From: an uncultured Candidatus Saccharibacteria bacterium
GTDB lineage: Bacteria; Patescibacteriota; Minisyncoccia; Phycocordibacterales; JABMNX01
DNA: 64,000 nt
Direction of reading: 5' to 3'
Assembly (NCBI GenBank): GCA_964575755.1
Contig: CAZNRH010000001.1
Location: 115,347 to 179,346 of the forward strand
Below are positions 21,285 through 31,441 of this stretch, in pieces. Position numbers and translations under genes: made by a program. The notes beneath the pieces are model-generated. The model saw only the letters and a list, made by a program, of their open reading frames with translations. It made no database searches and was not told the DNA's origin. Position 1 is the first letter of the stretch, and each line of letters begins with the position of its first letter.

Positions 21285-22958
21285 ATGAAGCAGGAAACAG
21301 CTCTCGGAATATTAAAGACAGGACGTAATGTGTACTTAACAGGCGCCGCTGGCGCTGGTAAGACACACGTACTTAATGAATATATTAAGTTTCTTAAAAA
21401 ACATAATGTAGGGGTAGGAGTTACTGCTTCAACAGGTATAGCTGCTACACACTTAGATGGCATGACCATACACGCATGGTCAGGTATAGGTATTAAAGAT
21501 TTTTTAACGGATTTTGATATTGATGCACTCACACAAAGACAGTCTCTAGTAAAACGTTTCGAACGCACAAGCGTGTTACTTATAGATGAAGTATCTATGT
21601 TGCGCCCAGAGATATTAGACATGATAGACCAGGTTTCGCGCGCTATGAAGCGGTCTGAAGAACCCTTCGGAGGTATGCAAGCAGTACTTTGTGGTGATTT
21701 CTTTCAACTGCCACCAGTAGTTCGTGGTGGCAACAGTGACTCTTTTGCTGACAGCGCACAAGCGTGGATAGATGGCGATTTCCGCATATGTTATTTAACT
21801 GAACAGTACAGGCAAAAAGGTGGAAAGTTGTTAAATATATTAAATGACATACGTGATGGAGAAATAAGTATTGAGTCACAAGAGTCCCTTGAAAGTAGAA
21901 TGAAAGCTGGTGCAGGACACAGTGAAAAGGTTGGCAAGAATAAGGCTCCACATATACACGACTCACGCGCAATAGTTTTACACACACATAATACTAATGT
22001 AGATACTCGCAATTACGAAGAATTATCTAAGCTAGACACAGAAAGTGTTTCTTTTGGGATGGTGTCAACAGGGCGAGCTAATCTAGTAGAGTCGTTAAAG
22101 AAAAACGTCCTAGCCCCAGTCGATTTAGAGTTAAAGGTAGGGGCACGTGTGATGTTTGTGAAGAACAGCCAAGAAAGAGAATACGTAAACGGTACACTGG
22201 GGGAAGTAATTGACCTTAATGGTTCGTATCCAATAGTAAAAGTAAACAGTGGTAGAGAAATCATGGCACATCCTGTGTCGTGGGAAATGGTTGATGACGG
22301 CAAGGTACTTGCTTCAGTCACACAGGTACCACTTCGTCTAGCTTGGGCAATTACAGTCCATAAAAGCCAAGGGATGAGCTTGGATAGAGTGGAAGTAGAT
22401 CTTTCGCGTGCATTTACCCCAGGGCAGGGTTATGTAGCGCTTTCTCGAGCCCGCACATTAGATGGACTTATTTTACATGGACTTAATGCGACTGCGCTCA
22501 GAGTCCATCCATATGTACAGGAGAGGGACGGCACTATGAAAACAGAATCAAATAAATGGGAGAAAATATTTAATGAATTTACACAAGCAAAAATATCAGA
22601 TTTACAAAAAGATTTTATACAAAAAGTTGGACGGACTAAAAGTGAAGTAGAAAAAGACAAGCCCATCCCGACACATTTAAAGACGCGTACGTATCTCGAG
22701 AGAAGTGAGTCGATAGAATCAATAGCAAAAGGGCGTGAAATGACAAAGGGTACTATTATTGCACACCTAGAAAAGTTAAAAGACGCAGGGGATTCAGATA
22801 TCTTTTCATACCTATCTCCAAGTACTGCACATATTGCCAAGATAAAGAAAGCGTTTAAGAAGTCAAAAGACACAAAACTAGCTCCAGTACACAAAATTTT
22901 AAAAGGGAAGTACAGCTACGATGAATTACGTCTAGCACGTTTATTCATTAATTATTAA
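21285..22958 (+). CDS. ATP-dependent DNA helicase, Pif1/RecD-like family, with a ~150-aa C-terminal extension
   Basis: Walker A GAAGAGKTHV; DEVSML; the GDFFQLPPV motif typical of Pif1; AITVHKSQGMSLD motif. Confidence 0.8.
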   Translation: MKQETALGILKTGRNVYLTGAAGAGKTHVLNEYIKFLKKHNVGVGVTASTGIAATHLDGMTIHAWSGIGIKDFLTDFDIDALTQRQSLVKRFERTSVLLIDEVSMLRPEILDMIDQVSRAMKRSEEPFGGMQAVLCGDFFQLPPVVRGGNSDSFADSAQAWIDGDFRICYLTEQYRQKGGKLLNILNDIRDGEISIESQESLESRMKAGAGHSEKVGKNKAPHIHDSRAIVLHTHNTNVDTRNYEELSKLDTESVSFGMVSTGRANLVESLKKNVLAPVDLELKVGARVMFVKNSQEREYVNGTLGEVIDLNGSYPIVKVNSGREIMAHPVSWEMVDDGKVLASVTQVPLRLAWAITVHKSQGMSLDRVEVDLSRAFTPGQGYVALSRARTLDGLILHGLNATALRVHPYVQERDGTMKTESNKWEKIFNEFTQAKISDLQKDFIQKVGRTKSEVEKDKPIPTHLKTRTYLERSESIESIAKGREMTKGTIIAHLEKLKDAGDSDIFSYLSPSTAHIAKIKKAFKKSKDTKLAPVHKILKGKYSYDELRLARLFINY

Positions 22959-22987
22959 ATATGTGCGAAGCTTAGCTTCGCACATAT
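22959..22987 (+). terminator. perfect 13-bp-stem hairpin immediately after the helicase stop (atatgtgcgaagc-tta-gcttcgcacatat)
   Basis: Palindrome seen directly; a second, shorter copy lies at about 23222..23248. Confidence 0.55.
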
Positions 22988-23119
22988 TTAAACTTGGCGG
23001 TCCAGCAGTCAAGTTTGAATACAGTATTCAGTGGTCGAACCGCTGTAGGAGTTATGCTTTTTAGATTTTAATTAGAAGTACAGTATATAAGTAAGTATTT
23101 AGATATTGAGAAAAAATAA

Positions 23120-23151
23120 AATCCGTCAACAGGTGCACCTGTTGACGGATT
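23120..23151 (-). terminator. perfect 32-nt palindrome (aatccgtcaacaggtgcacctgttgacggatt) with a T-run only on the minus strand
   Basis: 16+16 perfect inverted repeat centred on gtgcac; on the minus strand it is followed by ttatttttt. Confidence 0.5.
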
Positions 23152-23405
23152 ATGAGAATTGCTTAATGAACTATAGATCATTGTATGTAATATCACGTAC
23201 AATATATTTGTCAAATTTACTTACTATGTGCGAAGCTTAGCTTCGCACGCTTGCTTCAAGCAACGGCTAAAATACCTCTTCAAAAGACACAAAACTTACC
23301 CAAGTACAAATAAGATACTAATATCGATAAAAGTGATAGAATTACCATGGAAGCAGGGTATTTGGTAGACATATTGAATTAAATATAAAAAAAGATACTT
23401 ATTTT

Positions 23406-24947
23406 ATGATGAAACACAAGAAGAAAATTATTATAGCTGTTGCAGTAGGCATACTTGTTATTATAGTAAGGATGTTGTTTGGTGGGGCCGAAGAAATTTC
23501 ATACGACACTGTTATTGCAGAGCGTATTAACCTTGTTCAAGAAATCAACGCTGTCGGCAGAGTAGAAGCAGTTGAGAGCGTTGATCTTGCTTTTGAAAAC
23601 AGTGGTCGTGTTGCTAGGGTATATGTAGATGTGGGAGATAAGGTTTATAGAGGCGAGACTCTCGTCGTCCTTGGAAATTTAGAAGAAGTAGCGAAAATAG
23701 CGCAAGCTGAGGCTATCTTAGCTAAAAACGAGGCAAAGCTCTTAGAATTAAAAAATGGAGTGCGTCCAGAAGAAATACTTGTACAGAAAATAAAAGTCAA
23801 CAATACTGAGACTTCTTTGAGAGATGCAGTAAGGGGTATTGTGGACGAATTACGTGACTCATATACAAAAGCTGACGACTCTGTAAGAAGTAAGATAGAT
23901 CAATTCTTTAGTAATCCACGTACACCTAGTCCTCAGTTAGATTTTTACGCAGATTCTCAATTAAAAAGTGATATAGAACAAGAGAGGTTTTTTGTAGAAC
24001 TAATGTTAGGGGAGTGGGGTAATTCCTTACTCACCTTAACAAACTCAAGTGATATTGAAGCATATACAAGAGAAGCAAGCCAGAATCTTTCAATGATAAA
24101 ATCTTTGTTAGACAAATCCGGACTTGCTGTTAACAGCTTAACCGTTACAAGCAGTATCTCACAAACAACTATAGACGCATGGAAACTAGACGTATATACA
24201 GCGAGGATAAATATAAACACCGCAATAGCAAGTATCACGTCAGCAAATGAAAAAGTAGAAATAGCAAAGTCTAGCTTGTCGTTAGCTAAGCAAGAGCTTG
24301 CACTTAAAGAGTCTGGAACCATAGGGGAGTTGATAGTTGCACAAGAAGCACAAGTAAAAGAGTCTGAAGCTAATGTAAAATATTACAAAGCACAATTTAG
24401 GAAATCTATTATAAGCTCACCAATAAATGGGGTAGTCACTACACAAAACGCAAAGGTTGGGGAAATAGTAGCAGTTAATGCTGTGGTGGTTTCTATTATT
24501 TCAGATGGAGAATATGAAATAGAAGCGTTTGTAGTGGAGGCTGATATTGCCAATCTTAGAGTTGGTAATGTGGCAACTTTTTCACTCGATGCATATACAG
24601 AAGAAGAGATATTCACTGCGGTAGTTGAAAGTATTGACCCGGCAGCACAGTTATTTGAAGGAGTTGCAAATTATAGAACCATATTAAGACTACAAGATGT
24701 AGACGATAGGGTACGTGCAGGTATGACAGCAGACTTAGATATAGTTACAGATGAGCGAGAAAATGTAGTGTCTATTTTACAGAGAGCTGTTATTTTTAAA
24801 GACAATAAGAAAATAGTCAGGAAGCTTATTGATGGTGTTATTCAAGAAGTTGAAGTTAAAACAGGGACAACAGGAAACAGGGGGCAAATAGAAATACTTA
24901 GTGGAGTGGAAGAAGGTGACGTTATTGTGACATCAATCAAAAAATAA
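23406..24947 (+). CDS. HlyD-family periplasmic adaptor / membrane fusion protein
   Basis: 513 aa; N-terminal TM; long coiled-coil; biotinyl/lipoyl-like and beta-barrel regions; immediately upstream of an ABC ATPase and permeases. Confidence 0.8.
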   Translation: MMKHKKKIIIAVAVGILVIIVRMLFGGAEEISYDTVIAERINLVQEINAVGRVEAVESVDLAFENSGRVARVYVDVGDKVYRGETLVVLGNLEEVAKIAQAEAILAKNEAKLLELKNGVRPEEILVQKIKVNNTETSLRDAVRGIVDELRDSYTKADDSVRSKIDQFFSNPRTPSPQLDFYADSQLKSDIEQERFFVELMLGEWGNSLLTLTNSSDIEAYTREASQNLSMIKSLLDKSGLAVNSLTVTSSISQTTIDAWKLDVYTARININTAIASITSANEKVEIAKSSLSLAKQELALKESGTIGELIVAQEAQVKESEANVKYYKAQFRKSIISSPINGVVTTQNAKVGEIVAVNAVVVSIISDGEYEIEAFVVEADIANLRVGNVATFSLDAYTEEEIFTAVVESIDPAAQLFEGVANYRTILRLQDVDDRVRAGMTADLDIVTDERENVVSILQRAVIFKDNKKIVRKLIDGVIQEVEVKTGTTGNRGQIEILSGVEEGDVIVTSIKK

Positions 24948-24960
24948 ACTCAATATTATT

Positions 24961-25671
24961 ATGAATATAATTGAGGTAAAGAACATAGTACGAACATATG
25001 GAGATGTTGTAAAAACATATGCATTAAAAGATACATCCTTTTCAATTAAACAAGGTGAGTTTGTTTCTATTATGGGTCAGTCTGGTTCTGGTAAATCTAC
25101 CCTTATGCATGTTCTTGGTTTATTGGATAGAGCTACATCAGGTGAGTATTTGTTTGAAGGACGGGATGTATCTACACTAGACGATAATGAGTTAGCATTA
25201 ATACGTAATGAAAAGATAGGGTTTGTATTTCAGGCATTTAATTTACTTCCACGCACAACAGTATTAAAGAATACAATGTTGCCACTTAACTACTCAAGAG
25301 ATAAAACAGGTCATGAGGTAAAAGCAAAGGCTATTTTAGAGAAAGTCGGACTTGGTCATCGGTTAGACTATTTTACAAATCAAATCTCTGGAGGAGAAAA
25401 ACAACGCGTTGCGATAGCTAGAGCCCTTGTAAATAATCCATCAGTAATATTTGCAGATGAACCAACAGGAAATCTTGATTCAAAATCGGGAGATAGGGTT
25501 ATGCAAATCTTTCAAGAATTAAACAAAGAAGGACATACAGTTATCTTAGTAACTCACGAGAGAGAGACAGCGGGGTTTGCAGACCGTATTATCACCATAA
25601 AAGATGGAAGTATAATAAATGACAGCCCTGTGCAGAAAAAGAGCACAACAGATACAGTCAGTAGTAATTAA
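24961..25671 (+). CDS. ABC transporter ATP-binding protein (MacB/LolD-like)
   Basis: Walker [10 protein letters not shown], signature [15 protein letters not shown], Walker [12 protein letters not shown]. Confidence 0.95.
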   Translation: MNIIEVKNIVRTYGDVVKTYALKDTSFSIKQGEFVSIMGQSGSGKSTLMHVLGLLDRATSGEYLFEGRDVSTLDDNELALIRNEKIGFVFQAFNLLPRTTVLKNTMLPLNYSRDKTGHEVKAKAILEKVGLGHRLDYFTNQISGGEKQRVAIARALVNNPSVIFADEPTGNLDSKSGDRVMQIFQELNKEGHTVILVTHERETAGFADRIITIKDGSIINDSPVQKKSTTDTVSSN

Positions 25672-25678
25672 ACCACGT

Positions 25679-26929
25679 ATGCTCGACAGAATTACAAAGT
25701 CAGTAGCTATATCTCTAGACTCGTTGTGGGCAAACAAAATACGAAGCCTTATTACCATGCTTGGTATCATTATTGGGGTTGCTTCCGTAGTATTAATTAT
25801 ATCAATAGGTGCTGGAGCTCAAGGTCTCATATTGTCTCAATTTGATAAACTCGGTACAAATCTAATAGTGGTATCTCCAGGGTACACAGAAGAAGGAGGG
25901 ACATTAGCTGTGCTTTCAAACTTTTCTATTACTACACTGAAATACGAAGACATATTGTATTTAAAAGATAACAGTGAAGCACCTAACATAACGTCAGTCT
26001 CTGGATTTAGTAAGGGTTTTGGATTAGTAACATGGCGTTCAGAAAGCTATGATACTTCATTAAATGGAACTACGGCAAGTTATCTAGATGTAGAAAAAAG
26101 TGAGATAGAAATAGGTCGTTTTTTTACAGAAGAAGAGGAGAGGAATTTTTCACGAGTAGCAGTTTTAGGTAGTGCTGTAAAAGAGGGTTTATTTGGAGAA
26201 AGTGATGCAGTTGGACAGCGTATTAGGATAAATGATTCAAGTTATAACGTTATAGGTGTAATAAAAGAGCGTGGAAGTATAGGGATAGAAGATTTTGATG
26301 ATCAGATTCTACTTCCTGTAAAGACTTTTCAACGCTCTGTCGGTGTTAACCATATGGGGCTTATTCGAATACGTGTAGATGTAGAGGAAAATGTAAATAA
26401 AACAATCGAAGATATCAAAATATTATTAAGAGAACAGCATGACATTAGAGATCAAAGTGGCAAGAGTGACGATTTTACAGTAGCTAGTTCCGTACAAGCT
26501 GCTGGCATCATAACAACAATCACAGACAGTATTCGTTATTTTTTAACAGCGATGGCAACGCTTTCTTTGGTGGTTGGCGGAATAGGCATTATGAATATCA
26601 TGTTAATTTCAGTTACTGAACGCACTAGAGAGATAGGTTTAAGAAAGTCTATAGGTGCAAACAATACAGTTGTATTGGAGCAGTTTTTGTTTGAGGCGGT
26701 TATTGTGACAGGAATAGGTGGCTTGATTGGCGTGATTCTCGGTGTAGCATCTTCTTTTATTATTTCAACAGTAATCCAATTACTTGGGTTTAGTTGGGTG
26801 TTTGTCGTTTCAATAGAATCAATATCACTTGCTTTATTTGTGTCAGTATTTATAGGATTGTTTTTTGGATTTTATCCTGCTTATAAAGCCAGTAAACTAG
26901 ACCCTATAGAAGCCTTACGTTATGAATAA
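25679..26929 (+). CDS. ABC transporter permease, FtsX/MacB family
   Basis: ATG at 25679 in frame with ORF 25619..; N-terminal TM, a large periplasmic domain, C-terminal FtsX-like 3-TM bundle (LSLVVGGIGIMNIMLISVTERTREIGLRKSIGA). Confidence 0.85.
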   Translation: MLDRITKSVAISLDSLWANKIRSLITMLGIIIGVASVVLIISIGAGAQGLILSQFDKLGTNLIVVSPGYTEEGGTLAVLSNFSITTLKYEDILYLKDNSEAPNITSVSGFSKGFGLVTWRSESYDTSLNGTTASYLDVEKSEIEIGRFFTEEEERNFSRVAVLGSAVKEGLFGESDAVGQRIRINDSSYNVIGVIKERGSIGIEDFDDQILLPVKTFQRSVGVNHMGLIRIRVDVEENVNKTIEDIKILLREQHDIRDQSGKSDDFTVASSVQAAGIITTITDSIRYFLTAMATLSLVVGGIGIMNIMLISVTERTREIGLRKSIGANNTVVLEQFLFEAVIVTGIGGLIGVILGVASSFIISTVIQLLGFSWVFVVSIESISLALFVSVFIGLFFGFYPAYKASKLDPIEALRYE

Positions 26930-26949
26930 ATTTGCATACAAATAGAAAA

Positions 26950-28242
26950 ATGGACATAATTATTACATCAATAGAATCAGCGCTTACAGCCTTTAAAGCA
27001 AATAAAATACGCACAGCTCTTGCTGTGCTTGGGATTACAATTGGTATTATAAGTATCATTATAGTCTTTGTTGCTGGAGAAGGGATGAGAGGTTTACTTA
27101 ATGAGCAAGTAGAATCCTTTGGGGCAGATGTAGTGCAGACTGAAGTTAAAGTCCCGTCTAGTAAAAAAGGTTTTGCTGGTGAAAAACAAAGTGCAGCAAG
27201 TTTACTTCTAGGGGCTCAGGTTACAACAATGAAGATTGATGACCTAGAAGACGTTCTCGAACTACCAAATATTTTGGCAGGATACGGGCTTTTTATGACA
27301 CAAGAATCCGTGTCTTATCGTTCTGAAATAGAGAGTGTAACTATGTGGGCTACAAGCGCTGCATTTATTGATATAGATCAGACCGGTGTAGGAAGTGGGC
27401 GGTTTTTCTCAGAAGCAGAGAATCGTTCTTTGTCCCAAGTTGCAGTCTTAGGGTCTGAAATAAAAGAAAAATTATTTGGAGAGAGTGACCCAGTAGGTAA
27501 GACAATCAAGGTACGTAATACACGATTCCGTGTGATTGGTGTTATGGAAGAGCGTGGGAGTGTTATGTCCATGAATTTCGACACAATGGTATATGTCCCA
27601 ATTAAGACACTGCAAAAAAGGGTAATGGGAATTGACCACATACTTAGCTTCATGGTGAAAATAGAAGATATGAGCAAAGTAGATTCAACAATGGAAGATA
27701 TACGAGTTATCTTGAGGGATAATCACGACATAGATCCACCAGAAGAAATAAGGAAAAGTATTTTCGATACAGGTAAGGACGATTTCCGCGTAGTTTCTAT
27801 GATAGAGGCACTTGAGATATTTGACAGTGTATATTTTTACCTTACGTTATTATTGCTCTCAATAGTTGCGATATCGCTAGTAGTTGGAGGAGTAGGGGTT
27901 ATGAATGTTATGTACGTAATAGTAAATGAGCGCACCCCAGAGATAGGTTTAAGGAAAGCGGTTGGAGCAACATACAGAGACATAATGGCACAGCTTCTTA
28001 TAGAGTCGGTACTTATAACTCTAGTGGGAGGAGTTGTAGGAGTGATAATTGGAATAATGATAGCTTTTGGAATATCGATTGGTGCAGAGTCTATGGGATT
28101 CACATGGAAGTTCGTAGTACCAATAGAGGCATTTATAACAGCATTTCTATTCTCAGTAGTATTCGGTGTTGTGTTTGGACTTTATCCAGCGCGCAAAGCA
28201 GCACGTATGAATCCAATAGAAGCACTACAGCACAATAAATAA
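26950..28242 (+). CDS. ABC transporter permease, FtsX/MacB family (second paralog)
   Basis: Same architecture (VVGGVGVMNVMYVIVNERTPEIGLRKAVGA); start chosen at ATG 26950 (TTG at 26932 is also possible). Confidence 0.85.
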   Translation: MDIIITSIESALTAFKANKIRTALAVLGITIGIISIIIVFVAGEGMRGLLNEQVESFGADVVQTEVKVPSSKKGFAGEKQSAASLLLGAQVTTMKIDDLEDVLELPNILAGYGLFMTQESVSYRSEIESVTMWATSAAFIDIDQTGVGSGRFFSEAENRSLSQVAVLGSEIKEKLFGESDPVGKTIKVRNTRFRVIGVMEERGSVMSMNFDTMVYVPIKTLQKRVMGIDHILSFMVKIEDMSKVDSTMEDIRVILRDNHDIDPPEEIRKSIFDTGKDDFRVVSMIEALEIFDSVYFYLTLLLLSIVAISLVVGGVGVMNVMYVIVNERTPEIGLRKAVGATYRDIMAQLLIESVLITLVGGVVGVIIGIMIAFGISIGAESMGFTWKFVVPIEAFITAFLFSVVFGVVFGLYPARKAARMNPIEALQHNK

Positions 28243-28255
28243 TGCTTCTAACAGT

Positions 28256-28918
28256 CTAATCTAAGCGAGGTTTCTTAATCACTTGAGTAACAAGACCAGT
28301 GATATTAAAATCATCGTCTTCATGGATAAATATAGGAGGGAAGTCTTTAGTTGACTCAGAGAGAAGTACAACGCGGTTATTTTCTTGGTCCCAGTGGAAT
28401 TTCTTTACGTTAGCTACTCCGTCAAATACAGACACAACAACGTCACCATTTTCTGGTTTCTTGTTTATGCTTCCAACAATAATATAATCACCGTCTTCAA
28501 TATTTTTACCGCCAATGTTTGCTCGGTTCATAGAGAGACCATTTGCCTTGATTGCGTAAATGTCTTTTTTCCTTTTAAGTAGAGCAGAAGAAATCTTTAA
28601 ATATCCCTCGAAGTTAGTATCTGCATAAAAAGTTGCTGGGCCACAGTCCGCGGTACCAAGTATAGGTATAGACAGCAGGGAAGTACTCGCTATTTTACCT
28701 GGTTCTGTGCGTTTAATAGTGCCAGTTAGTTTTGCAATTTTAAGAAAACCTTTTTTCTCAAGCTGTCCGAGGTGATGCTTAATCTTTTGAGGAAATTTTT
28801 CCCCTATAAGCTCACCAATTTCACGCAGGGTCATCTGACCGAGGTTATGGTTTTTTGAAAGTTCTAGGATGTTTTGTTGTATTTTATGCATACTGATTAG
28901 GAAATGAAATAATGCCAA
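28256..28918 (-). CDS. lexA: LexA repressor
   Basis: N-terminal winged HTH; C-terminal S24 peptidase with the Ala-Gly cleavage site, Ser (GLSMN) and Lys (VKKF) catalytic dyad; TTG at 28918 has an AAGGAT SD, with an alternative ATG at 28891. Confidence 0.9.
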   Translation of the reverse strand: MALFHFLISMHKIQQNILELSKNHNLGQMTLREIGELIGEKFPQKIKHHLGQLEKKGFLKIAKLTGTIKRTEPGKIASTSLLSIPILGTADCGPATFYADTNFEGYLKISSALLKRKKDIYAIKANGLSMNRANIGGKNIEDGDYIIVGSINKKPENGDVVVSVFDGVANVKKFHWDQENNRVVLLSESTKDFPPIFIHEDDDFNITGLVTQVIKKPRLD

Positions 28919-28992
28919 TGTCTAATATCCTTATATTACGTGATGTAAAGACATAAGTCAACAAGTTATCCACAGTTCTAGAAAGCTGGAAA

Positions 28993-29030
28993 AGTTGACA
29001 AAGTTGACAAAGAAAATATACTAAACACAA
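28993..29030 (+). promoter_or_regulatory. near-consensus sigma-70 promoter (TTGACA-16-TATACT) facing the small ORF; overlaps a TTGACAAAGTTGACAA direct repeat in the lexA divergent region
   Basis: agttgacaaagttgacaaagaaaatatactaaac seen directly. Confidence 0.5.
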
Positions 29031-29189
29031 GTTAGGCAATTAGTAATATTAATCAACAAAATATGTTCAACGATTTACAAACAAAGACAGCTCGTATGAA
29101 AGGGTTGCGTCATAGAAACTCAATAGTCGTGAAGTTTATGAAGATACTTTTATCAGATATAAAATTACAATATTAAACACATACGAATC

Positions 29190-29384
29190 ATGTCACGAAT
29201 TACACTAAAGACAATTATGGAGAAAGAGATAAACCGCTTAAACAAGCGTATAGATAGAAAGATTATAAGAGGGAGGTCATACTACAAAGATGCACAAAAA
29301 CACCAAGCATTAGTAGTAAAGTATCGCCGTATAGAGTTAAGTAGAAATAGAAATATATCTATTGGCACTCTTTTAACTACATAA
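29190..29384 (+). CDS. small basic protein (64 aa), divergent from lexA
   Basis: K/R-rich ORF with its own promoter and a downstream terminator. Confidence 0.4.
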   Translation: MSRITLKTIMEKEINRLNKRIDRKIIRGRSYYKDAQKHQALVVKYRRIELSRNRNISIGTLLTT

Positions 29385-29401
29385 AACATATAGTTATTTA
29401 G

Positions 29402-29432
29402 AATAGACGCAGATAAAAACAGCCCACATGTG
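29402..29432 (+). terminator. intrinsic terminator (aacagcccacatgtgggttgttttttt)
   Basis: Perfect stem cagcccaca/tgtgggttg with a T-run. Confidence 0.7.
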
Positions 29433-29459
29433 GGTTGTTTTTTTATTAACGACGTAGAG

Positions 29460-29680
29460 CGAGCGCAATGAGAAAATGAAGAGAAGCGCTCCAGTTTTGT
29501 CCAAGAGCGAAGCGATTGGTTAACAAAACGCAGTACCCTTGTGGTGAAATTTTCTCATTGCTGAGCCGAGGAGTTAACAAAGGTCTAACACCTCGGCCTT
29601 CAAGCCGAGATGCACGAGCGGAGCGAGTCCGACAATACTTCGTGCCTTCAGGACGGAGAGCCTTTATTTTTATGTATAAT
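29460..29680 (+). promoter_or_regulatory. structured leader region upstream of truB (long-range stem gcgcaatgagaaaat/attttctcattgc enclosing several GC-rich hairpins)
   Basis: Multiple complementary segments seen by eye; no known family assigned. Confidence 0.3.
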
Positions 29681-29691
29681 AGAGAGGTTTT

Positions 29692-30537
29692 ATGAAGAAA
29701 TACATAATATTAGATAAAAAAGTAGGAGAAACACCACTTGTGGTATTGGAGAAATTTAAAGCTAGTAATCCACGTATTGCAGATAAAAAACTAGCATATG
29801 CAGGGCGTCTAGATCCAATGGCTAGTGGCAAACTTCTAGTGTTAATAGGTGATGAGTGTAAGAAACAAGACAAATACCTTAAGCTTGATAAAGAGTACAT
29901 GTTTGAAGTACTTATAGGGTTTAAAAGTGATACAGGTGACGTCCTTGGACTTGCTAGTGCAGACGATTCTTCGCAAAGAATCGTGCCAACAGACCATAAA
30001 TCCAAAGAATTTACCGATAAAGAATTAAAAGAGGTGGCGAGAAAATTAGAAGGAGAACAAAACTTTCCTTTCCCAAGATATTCATCAAAGACTGTACAGG
30101 GTAAACCACTTCATGTATGGAGTGTTGAGGGGCGTATTGATGAAATAGAGATACCACACAAAGCGTCAACAATTCACAGCCTCCACTTCAACAGTTCATA
30201 TATCCTAAGTAAAGAAAAAGTAAGTGAGAAAATCTTTGAAAAGATTAATTCAATTCCCGAAGTTACAGAAGAGTCAAAGGCACTCGGTAGAGATTTTAGA
30301 CGTGAAGAAATACGAGACAGATGGAGTAAGCTTTTTATAGATACAGAAAGAAAAGAGTTCCAAATAGCACGTTTTACATGCGTAGCATCATCAGGTACGT
30401 ACATGCGTACACTAGCTGGTGAGATAGGGAAGTTGCTTGGTGCAAAAGGGTTAGCATATTCGATACACAGGACTAGGATAGGTCTCTATAAAAAAGTATT
30501 CAGTAACTGGAGCTTTTGGATAAAGATCTTTAGATAA
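29692..30537 (+). CDS. truB: tRNA pseudouridine synthase, TruB family
   Basis: 281 aa; catalytic-Asp motif region AYAGRLDPMASGKLLVLIGDECKK. Confidence 0.75.
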   Translation: MKKYIILDKKVGETPLVVLEKFKASNPRIADKKLAYAGRLDPMASGKLLVLIGDECKKQDKYLKLDKEYMFEVLIGFKSDTGDVLGLASADDSSQRIVPTDHKSKEFTDKELKEVARKLEGEQNFPFPRYSSKTVQGKPLHVWSVEGRIDEIEIPHKASTIHSLHFNSSYILSKEKVSEKIFEKINSIPEVTEESKALGRDFRREEIRDRWSKLFIDTERKEFQIARFTCVASSGTYMRTLAGEIGKLLGAKGLAYSIHRTRIGLYKKVFSNWSFWIKIFR

Positions 30538-30696
30538 TTTTATTTGTAAACCTTTTTATGTTAGTAGTTTGTCCATATACCAAGAAGTACTCCAGTATAA
30601 TGCACAATAACGTATGGAATTAGAATCTTATCCATTTTTATATAAAATATGCCGCCTAACATAAAAGTTAGGCGACACTTTTAGCAACTGATGCAA

Positions 30697-30969
30697 CTAA
30701 GCGGCTTCTTTTGACCACCTGTTGTTATTCATCCTAAAGAAACTATCTTGTCGACTGATCTTCACATTGGAGATAATGAGTAGACTTTGGCGGTCCGTTT
30801 CATCGCCTCCTGAAGTGACTACGAGACGTTTGATTTTGCCTCTGATAGACTTCAGTCTTTTATACTCTTCAGCGGTTGGATGTTGTGACGAAGTGTCAAC
30901 AATTGACATAAGCTGATTGCCGAGTTCCTCGATACGTGCGTGTGCATTCATCTCACTACTCCTCTCCAC
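30697..30969 (-). CDS. hypothetical protein (island ORF)
   Basis: 90 aa basic ORF in a GC-elevated segment; no recognisable domain. Confidence 0.35.
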   Translation of the reverse strand: MERSSEMNAHARIEELGNQLMSIVDTSSQHPTAEEYKRLKSIRGKIKRLVVTSGGDETDRQSLLIISNVKISRQDSFFRMNNNRWSKEAA

Positions 30970-31093
30970 TGTGTTTCATCTGCTTTTATTGTACTTGTCA
31001 ATGTTGACTAAAGTAAAGAAGAGTTATCCACCCCTCTTTTTGGTCGTTTAATTTGCCTGGTAGACGAAGTTTAAACTTGTTTATTTGTCATAG

Positions 31094-31288
31094 CTAACTA
31101 ACATCTTTTTCTAAAAATCGATACGTTATAATTGAAGACCAAATGAGAAAGTTAGCTAAGCCAATAACGAAAAAAGTTGGAGCTATTTGTACTGGAACCA
31201 ATTCTTCAAACCAAATTAATGTCAACACTGAACCTGCACACAAAAGCATTGCTATCCAAAATACTCTGAGTGTAATCTTTTCAATCAT
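31094..31288 (-). CDS. small 2-TM membrane protein (island ORF)
   Basis: 64 aa hydrophobic. Confidence 0.35.
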   Translation of the reverse strand: MIEKITLRVFWIAMLLCAGSVLTLIWFEELVPVQIAPTFFVIGLANFLIWSSIITYRFLEKDVS

Positions 31289-31384
31289 TACCTTATATTA
31301 CTCAGTGTGAATAATATTAGTTACACCACACCTTTCGTTTGGAGGACGACGTTCGAACCTCAGTGGTGTTGGAGTTGATTGTAT

Positions 31385-31430
31385 AAAAACAAAAACCGCC
31401 CACTAGAGCGGGCGGCTCTAGTGGGCATAT
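31385..31430 (-). terminator. terminator with two mutually exclusive overlapping hairpins (ccgccc/gggcgg and cactagagc/gctctagtg)
   Basis: Seen directly; T-run on the minus strand downstream of ORF 31442..31921. Confidence 0.55.
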
Positions 31431-31441
31431 TATGTAGAAAT

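Noticed and set aside
28919-29190. Canonical Gram-positive Cheo box (CGAACnnnnGTTCG) or E. coli-type SOS box (CTGT-N8-ACAG) upstream of lexA
   Set aside because: Neither is present. Only a TTCTAGAA palindrome and a TTGACAA direct repeat occur, so the LexA operator remains undetermined.
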